From NCBI GenBank assembly GCA_963977445.1, contig CAXBPH010000206.1, forward strand, positions 1-12,571: a stretch of 12,571 bases of DNA. The letters run 5' to 3'. Of this stretch, positions 7,230-12,571 are shown in pieces. Numbering within the stretch: the stretch's first letter is position 1; every line of letters begins with the position of its first letter. The position numbers and the translations under genes were made by a program. The notes under the pieces are model-generated. The model saw only the letters and a program-made list of their open reading frames with translations, had not been told where the DNA came from and made no database searches. This stretch comes from an uncultured bacterium. Its GTDB lineage: Bacteria; Hydrogenedentota; Hydrogenedentia; Hydrogenedentales; JAEUWI01.

Positions 7230-9229
7230 TATCGGCCATCCTCAACGTATTCCTCGGCACGTACTATCTTGTACCGTGCCTCTTGGTTCTTCATACGGAG
7301 GAGTTGATTTACTTCCTGCTTCAAGGCGATCATTTTCTCCTCTCGTCCGACGGCCAATTCATTAAAGCGATTCAGACGCTGAGCATGTTCATGTAGCTGC
7401 CGTGAAAATTGGTCACGTTCGGTAACATCGACCATGAGCGCATAAACCGCTTGGACGCACCCGTCGGCACCAAGGTGGGGCACGAGGCGAATCGAATGAA
7501 TCTGCTCTTTCCCGTCTTTCGTCAACGACAGATCAAACTCGACACGTTCACCGGAAAAAGCATCTTCCATATTCAGGCTGAAAATGTCTGTTCCAAGCAA
7601 CTCGTCTGCGCGCTTTCCGAGCACCTCCGACTCCGTGGCCTTTTGCGCCCACGATACAAAGGGCTCGTTGGCAAAAATACATTGATGACTCGGGTCAAAG
7701 GCCACGATTAAGGCGGGCACGTGGTTGGTCACCACATGATACCGGGCGTATTGATAATGGTAGGCTTCACGACGCTGCCAGCTCAACACCGCCAATCGCG
7801 ATACGAGTATCAACAACGTGGTCACAAATAACCCACCAATCAGCACCACATAGGCAACTCGGGAAGCCCGCTTGCGGGCGTAAAGGGGCGTGGCCGTAAA
7901 GGTGATTGTAAGGTCGATATTTTGAACGGTCAGGTCCTTCCGGACAGAAAAATTCTGTAAAAGTGTGCCCGCTGCAGGTTTCTTCTCATAGACGAGATCG
8001 CCATCGGCGCTTATTTGTACGGCGAGTTGAGGGGCCAAATCGTGCAACACCGGTGAAAAACTCCTCGCCATGTCCAAGGCAGCAACCAGCGTTCCCCGAC
8101 CCTGATCTCGATACGTGAGCCCGATTACCACAAACATGACGGCCCCGTTACCATGCGGTTCACGACGAATGACAATATAGGATTTACCCGTATAGCTTAC
8201 ATCTCCCCCCTTCGCAACCGCCGAATCCGATATAGATTCACTGACGACGCTGTGGTCCCCTTGGGTCCACGTCCCCCCGCCAAGGTCATCAGCCCATACC
8301 AGGGCCCGAAGCGGTTTCATGTGCTGGAGGTAGGCATCGCTATCGGAATCCCACCGCGCCCGGGCAGAATCGTCACGACCACCCTGGACCGTACGTAGCG
8401 CCAGGCGCTCCAGGGCGTAAAGTAGACTCTCCAGTTGATGGCTCACATCTTGTTCAACCCGTGTCCCGTAGGCTTCGAGGGTGGCATAGGTGTCATGCGA
8501 ATCCTCAGACCGCAGCGCCTCCCACGTCGCAAAGGTAGCGGTAAGACCAAAGATGCCCACCACCGTGGAAAGGTAGACGGGCTTGAATGCATCCGAGCCA
8601 ATCAATTCCACTACATCGAGGGATAACACCAGGCCAATTGCGACAAAACCCAGGGACGTATGAAGGGCCATACGGGTCAAATCACCCCACCCATAGGCCG
8701 AATCAACGCCGCTGACATACCCCAGCGTCGAAACCAGCCCTAAGCCCACAACAGCCGCCCCGAGGCTACCACTCCCCCCCCGGTGTCCTTTGGCGAGACT
8801 AATCATCGCCGCACCAGTGAGTATGAAACACAGTGCCGTATTGGGTGCCATTCTGCCGGCGTGTGACGTGCGAACCGTTGTGAAGGGCTTTACGATGAGT
8901 TCATCGATATATAAATCAACGCCGGTCACATATTGGGAGATGGTCGCGGCACCCAAAATAATCAGGGCCAGACCGAAGCCAATGACCACGCCCCGGCGGT
9001 GCCTGAGCGCGGGTAAGAGCGGAATGCCTGCCAAGAGGAAACCCAAGGCGGTATTGAACTGCATGGGCGCGAAGGAAGGGTGGATCTGAACCACCGCCTG
9101 AATTCTGGCAAACCAGCCAAGAATCACCGCGACAGCCATGACAATAGCGCCCAGAACACACAGAAACTGGAGGGTGGAGATCCATCGAAACAGGTGCTTG
9201 TTCCCTGGGGCTAACTTGATTGCTGTCAC
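7229..9229 (-). CDS. Membrane sensor with no catalytic output domain: multi-TM repeat region, periplasmic CHASE/Cache-like domain, TM, PAS, short C-terminal coiled coil; about 666 aa
   Basis: N-terminal hydrophobic segments with three MxxN/HT motifs, a ~220-aa extracytoplasmic region (ALERLALR...WDSDSDAYL...ALVWAD), a TM (YVVLIGGLFVTTLLILV) and a PAS fold (NHVPALIVAFD...FANEPF...EVLGK...DVTER). It ends LNRFNELAVGREEKMIALKQEVNQLL...ARY. GTG 9229 is preferred as start (GGGAG 7 nt upstream); the track's GTG 9259 is possible. Confidence 0.88.
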   Translation of the reverse strand: MTAIKLAPGNKHLFRWISTLQFLCVLGAIVMAVAVILGWFARIQAVVQIHPSFAPMQFNTALGFLLAGIPLLPALRHRRGVVIGFGLALIILGAATISQYVTGVDLYIDELIVKPFTTVRTSHAGRMAPNTALCFILTGAAMISLAKGHRGGSGSLGAAVVGLGLVSTLGYVSGVDSAYGWGDLTRMALHTSLGFVAIGLVLSLDVVELIGSDAFKPVYLSTVVGIFGLTATFATWEALRSEDSHDTYATLEAYGTRVEQDVSHQLESLLYALERLALRTVQGGRDDSARARWDSDSDAYLQHMKPLRALVWADDLGGGTWTQGDHSVVSESISDSAVAKGGDVSYTGKSYIVIRREPHGNGAVMFVVIGLTYRDQGRGTLVAALDMARSFSPVLHDLAPQLAVQISADGDLVYEKKPAAGTLLQNFSVRKDLTVQNIDLTITFTATPLYARKRASRVAYVVLIGGLFVTTLLILVSRLAVLSWQRREAYHYQYARYHVVTNHVPALIVAFDPSHQCIFANEPFVSWAQKATESEVLGKRADELLGTDIFSLNMEDAFSGERVEFDLSLTKDGKEQIHSIRLVPHLGADGCVQAVYALMVDVTERDQFSRQLHEHAQRLNRFNELAVGREEKMIALKQEVNQLLRMKNQEARYKIVRAEEYVEDGR

Positions 9230-9326
9230 AATCCCACTCCCTCGGCTGACCCGATACACCTATGCAACACGGAACGCTCTGCCTGTGTTGTAGACAGGCT
9301 GCAGTAGACAGTAATTATTTCATTTG

Positions 9327-9335
9327 AGTATATCA
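9327..9335 (-). promoter_or_regulatory. Candidate extended -10 promoter element for the signalling operon
   Basis: The - strand reads TGATATACT (TGnTATAAT with one mismatch) in an AT-rich patch about 100 nt upstream of the sensor start. Confidence 0.3.
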
Positions 9336-9428
9336 GAGCCCGCAACTGACGCTTCGTCTAGTTGCTACCCCCAATATCGCTCGTGACCGACGGAAAGGTA
9401 ACAACCAAATCACGTGGGACTATTCCCG

Positions 9429-9443
9429 GCTTCCAGCGGAAGC
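9429..9443 (-). terminator. Small hairpin just downstream of the beta-propeller gene stop
   Basis: GCTTCC-agc-GGAAGC, a 6-bp stem 11 nt after the stop codon. There is no U-tract, so it is weak as an intrinsic terminator. Confidence 0.2.
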
Positions 9444-9454
9444 AGGTAGTCACA

Positions 9455-10975
9455 TCACGCTTCACCCACCCTGTAGGCATAGAGATCGGCATCGCGCATT
9501 TCAAACGTGAAGCGCACCACCGTACCCGAGTATCCGGAAAGATCCGACCCACCCTTCCATGACACCACACGGGCAAGGTCATCGCCGAAGATCTCATCAC
9601 AATCGGCGAGTGCAAAGCCGGGCAAGGCCTTGCCCTCCTCATCTTGAATCTCTACACGAACACTCCCGGCGGCAGAACTGGAGAAGTTCAGCGTCAATTG
9701 GTTCCCGTCAAAGATGACCGGCTTGGTGGTCAAGGTCCCACCGTCGTAGGGCCCATAGGCGGATACGAAGCCATCAATCCGCAAGGTATAGCGACGCAGA
9801 TACGACGCATTGCCCGTCCAATAGCTCTCCGTAGCATAAATCGAGAGTTCCCGGGGGGCATGGGCCATATCCGACGCCGTCTCGACCACATGCCAGGCGA
9901 TGTAGTTGTCGCCGTAGACCCAATTGTCGGCCGTCCGCAAACCGGGACGCAGGAAAGCCTCCATCCACATCTTGAAATGCTCGCCATCACGACTGGCGAT
10001 TAACAGACTGTCGGTCACGGTGGTTCCATAACGCGAGGAGATGGCCGCACGCTTCTCCCGGTGTTCAGGCAACGGCAAGGCACGCATGGAAGGGGACCAA
10101 CCCCGGTCTGCGTAGCGCGCGGGAAAGCCTATGAAAATATGGGGTGCACGATAGTAAGGCTTTACCTGATTGGTATACAGTGCGGGCGCTTTGATGTCAC
10201 CAAAATCCAGCAACACAGGCTCGCTCCACGTGCGAAAGTCTTTCGACGTCGCCGTGCACACCACCCGAACGTCTCCTTCAAATCCGCGGACGTAGGCGCG
10301 ATATTCCGATCGCATTTCATCCCAGAACGCCACATTTTGTGTATCAAACTTCAAGGCCACGCTGGTCGGTCCGACCTTCATCTCGGGAATGATGGGGGAC
10401 TCCTGCAGGAAGGACCAGTGGATACCATCCGCCGACTTGAAGGCCATCAGCCCCTTGGGCTCCGATTCATACCCGCTGCTCACCGCCTTATAGCGCTCTT
10501 CCGGCGGGCAATCGGGATTATCATCCCGAAAAGCACTGAAATCGTGGCTCCCTTTTCCCATCCAGACGAGATTATTCTCTTTGCTGCCACGAAAGTCCCA
10601 GAGGCCAAGCTTCGGTTTGGTCCACACCTTGCCGTCACGACTTTCCGCATAGGCTCCCAGCACATCATGTTTCGCGCTGTCGGGGGTGTCGGGATTCGCC
10701 GGGTGTTCCCAGGCCTTGTAATACATGCGGTAGATATCACCGTCCTGGAAGACCGTGTCGTACCCCGACCCACTACCTTCCCAGGGTTCATCGCGCACAA
10801 AGCACACTTCCTTGGGCTGGGGGTGATGAATGCGCAACTCAACGCCGTCTCGGGAGTCGATCAGGGCGTCATCCACAAACAACTCCAGGCGTGACCCGAT
10901 ATGGACAGGTTCATCATCGGCACGTGCGCCGGTGCACAACACCAGCCCCATCCAAAGTAGTGGCATAATTCGCAT
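9455..10975 (-). CDS. Secreted uncharacterised five-bladed beta-propeller glycoside-hydrolase-like protein with C-terminal beta-rich domain; 506 aa
   Basis: AAGGAG-7nt-ATG at 10975 and a signal peptide MRIMPLLWMGLVLCTGARA. Motifs include LELFVDDALID, PWEG, YRMYY, the Asp-box-like repeats ESRDGKVW / SADGIHW / SKDFRTW / SRDGEHF, FDTQN, and C-terminal LRIDGFVS...LTTKPVIFDGNQLTLN...VRVEI. The track's start at 11158 adds an implausible 61-aa extension. Confidence 0.85.
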   Translation of the reverse strand: MRIMPLLWMGLVLCTGARADDEPVHIGSRLELFVDDALIDSRDGVELRIHHPQPKEVCFVRDEPWEGSGSGYDTVFQDGDIYRMYYKAWEHPANPDTPDSAKHDVLGAYAESRDGKVWTKPKLGLWDFRGSKENNLVWMGKGSHDFSAFRDDNPDCPPEERYKAVSSGYESEPKGLMAFKSADGIHWSFLQESPIIPEMKVGPTSVALKFDTQNVAFWDEMRSEYRAYVRGFEGDVRVVCTATSKDFRTWSEPVLLDFGDIKAPALYTNQVKPYYRAPHIFIGFPARYADRGWSPSMRALPLPEHREKRAAISSRYGTTVTDSLLIASRDGEHFKMWMEAFLRPGLRTADNWVYGDNYIAWHVVETASDMAHAPRELSIYATESYWTGNASYLRRYTLRIDGFVSAYGPYDGGTLTTKPVIFDGNQLTLNFSSSAAGSVRVEIQDEEGKALPGFALADCDEIFGDDLARVVSWKGGSDLSGYSGTVVRFTFEMRDADLYAYRVGEA

Positions 10976-11215
10976 CGTAACGCTCCTTCTTCCAAGCGGT
11001 TGCTCAAGGCCTGAAAGGCAATGTAACGCCTGACCCGGCAGGAAGCAAAATCCTCTCCCCATTAAAATTCCGGTTCCGACCACGCTCGCCAGCCACATTT
11101 CGTCGAAACCGCGCTCCCGACGCCTGGTATTGCCCATATCAAATAGAGTGGACTGCACAACCGTTTTATAGCTATAGTGATAACTCGAATGTTTCGCTGA
11201 TGTTGAGGATTACTC

Positions 11216-12346
11216 ATGAGAAACCCGTTTCTACGCTGCCCCACCGCATTGCTGTTAACCGCTGTCGCCGTTTACGCGAGCCTGAGCCCCGCCATGGCCG
11301 AAGAGGCCCCCGATGATGTGCTGCTCTTCTCCTTCTTTCGTGGCAACGGCGAAAATGGACTCTATCTCGCCTGGAGCGAAGATGGACTGAACTGGCAGGA
11401 AATTCACAAGGATTTTGTCTGGCTTTCGCCGAAAATCGGTGAATCCGTCCTTATGCGTGACCCCTGCATCATTATGGGCGGTGATGGACAATTTCACATG
11501 GTCTGGACCCCGGGTTGGCACGAGCGGGGCATCGGGCATGCCACCTCTACCGATTTTATCCATTGGTCTGAACAGCAATACATCCCCGTCATGGCCCACG
11601 AAGAGACCGCCCGCAACGCCTGGGCACCAGAAATCTTCTACGACGCCGCCACGGAACAATATGTCCTCTTTTGGGCCACGACCATCCCCGGTCAATTCCC
11701 CGAAACCCTGGGGCAAGGCGACGGCGAAAACAACCACCGCATGTATTTCACCACGACCAAAGATTTTGTCGCCTTCTCGGAGACCCGTCTCTTTTATGAC
11801 CCCGGCTTCAATGTCATCGACTCCTCCATTATCAAGGCCGGCGATAAATACGTCATGTTTTTGAAGAACGAATCTCTCACGCCAGAAGAAAAAAATATTC
11901 GCACCGCAACGGCCGACAGCGCTACCGGCCCCTGGTGTGCCGCCTCACCAAAGATCACCGGTGAATACTGGGCAGAAGGCCCCACGGCGGTCCATTGGGG
12001 CGATCAGTGGTATGTGTACTTCGACAAATACCGCAAACACACCTACGGTGCCCTTCGCACCAGCGACTTGCAAACCTGGGAAGACATCTCCGATCAAATC
12101 GTCATGCCCGAAGGCATCCGCCACGGCACAGCGATACGCGTAGCACGCTCCGTCCTCACCACCCTCCAGGCCCACACCCCGGCCCCTGTTGCTGCACCCG
12201 CACCTGAGCCAGCACCTGAGCCAGCACCTGTTCCAGCACCTGTTCCAGCACCTGTTCCAGCACCTGTTCCAGCACCAGCACCAGCACCAGCACCAGAGCC
12301 CGCGCCTGTCGCGGAACCCGCACCAACACCCCCACCCGCGCAATAA
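11216..12346 (+). CDS. Secreted GH43-like glycoside hydrolase (five-bladed beta-propeller) with Pro/Ala-rich C-terminal tail; 376 aa
   Basis: GAGGA-6nt-ATG and a signal peptide ending SPAMA. GH43-type motifs: MRDPCI (base Asp), AWAPE, VIDSSI (pKa-modulating Asp), AEGPT (acid Glu) and RHGT. The substrate cannot be read from the sequence. Confidence 0.9.
   Translation: MRNPFLRCPTALLLTAVAVYASLSPAMAEEAPDDVLLFSFFRGNGENGLYLAWSEDGLNWQEIHKDFVWLSPKIGESVLMRDPCIIMGGDGQFHMVWTPGWHERGIGHATSTDFIHWSEQQYIPVMAHEETARNAWAPEIFYDAATEQYVLFWATTIPGQFPETLGQGDGENNHRMYFTTTKDFVAFSETRLFYDPGFNVIDSSIIKAGDKYVMFLKNESLTPEEKNIRTATADSATGPWCAASPKITGEYWAEGPTAVHWGDQWYVYFDKYRKHTYGALRTSDLQTWEDISDQIVMPEGIRHGTAIRVARSVLTTLQAHTPAPVAAPAPEPAPEPAPVPAPVPAPVPAPVPAPAPAPAPEPAPVAEPAPTPPPAQ
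12197..12298 (+). repeat. In-frame coding tandem repeat (12-bp and 6-bp units) encoding PAPE/PAPV/PA
   Basis: CCCGCACCTGAG, CCAGCACCTGAG, 4x CCAGCACCTGTT (12221-12268), 4x CCAGCA (12269-12292), CCAGAG. Confidence 0.95.
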
Positions 12347-12398
12347 CTTGGGACTGACTCGCCCCCACGACTTCCGAATAAGATAAGAATGGTGAGCA

Positions 12399-12571
12399 AA
12401 CTCGCCTACCTTGCTGAAGCCCAGACAACCCCAGACGGGCGTGTCTGTCCCGCCATTTGCGAGGTAGACCCTGCGCCAGCCTCGCCCACCACGGGACACC
12501 CACGCCAAGCGGCGCGGGGACTGCACCGGCCGAGCGAATATGGCTGAACTCGCCTACCCTGCTGAAGCCCA
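12399..12571. repeat. Intergenic direct repeat with 148-bp spacing; second copy truncated by the window edge
   Basis: AACTCGCCTACCTTGCTGAAGCCCA (12399-12423) vs AACTCGCCTACCCTGCTGAAGCCCA (12547-12571), 24/25 identical and matching up to the last base of the window. Confidence 0.85.

Noticed and set aside
7227..7231. Frameshift splitting one sensor-kinase gene
   Set aside because: The downstream gene starts with its own multi-TM domain, has an upstream GAGGA, and shows a normal stop/start overlap, so it is two genes.
5718..10894. + strand ORFs such as 5718-6413, 6852-7307 and 10061-10894
   Set aside because: They are antisense to well-supported genes with clear family motifs.
10976..11158. 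N-terminal extensions from the ORF track (start 11158; likewise 5611 for the regulator)
   Set aside because: The downstream starts fit better: RBS plus signal peptide at 10975, and the domain boundary at 5551.
12406..12467. Hammerhead ribozyme in the terminal repeat
   Set aside because: CUGAAGC does not match CUGANGA, and there is no correctly placed GAAA.
11945..12526. ORFs with WNRC, LEQV, GTGA and QHLF repeats
   Set aside because: These are alternative-frame or antisense readings of the Pro/Ala tandem repeat, not independent genes.
12197..12571. CRISPR array
   Set aside because: The 12-bp units have no spacers and are coding. The 25-nt repeat has only two visible copies separated by 123 nt, and there are no cas genes.

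Overview
Moderately GC-rich bacterial DNA. The gene families suggest a Planctomycetota/Hydrogenedentota-like organism; this is inferred, not proven. There are seven plausible CDSs. (1) A >1000-aa exported planctomycete-type cytochrome c / DUF1549 / DUF1553 protein on the - strand (3005 to beyond base 1). It is missing from the ORF track because it runs off the window. (2-5) A tightly coupled - strand signalling operon: a membrane/periplasmic/PAS sensor with no output domain (9229-7229), a MASE3-like membrane histidine kinase of the Cph1-like H-box class (7229-5541), an Rcp1-like single-domain response regulator (5551-5135) and a REC-pseudoDHp-REC-GGEEF diguanylate cyclase (5095-3521). (6-7) Two divergent secreted beta-propeller glycosidase-like genes: an uncharacterised family member (10975-9455) and a GH43-like enzyme with a tandem-repeat-encoded Pro/Ala tail (11216-12346). 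A structured direct repeat with 148-bp spacing sits at the right edge. The best candidate for an undescribed system is a split sensor. The output-less sensor ends in a 'FNELAVGREEKMIALKQEVN' helix, and the translationally coupled kinase carries an 'ATLNIAED' helix just before its DHp domain. The pathway feeds a cyclase with a His-less DHp-like insert.
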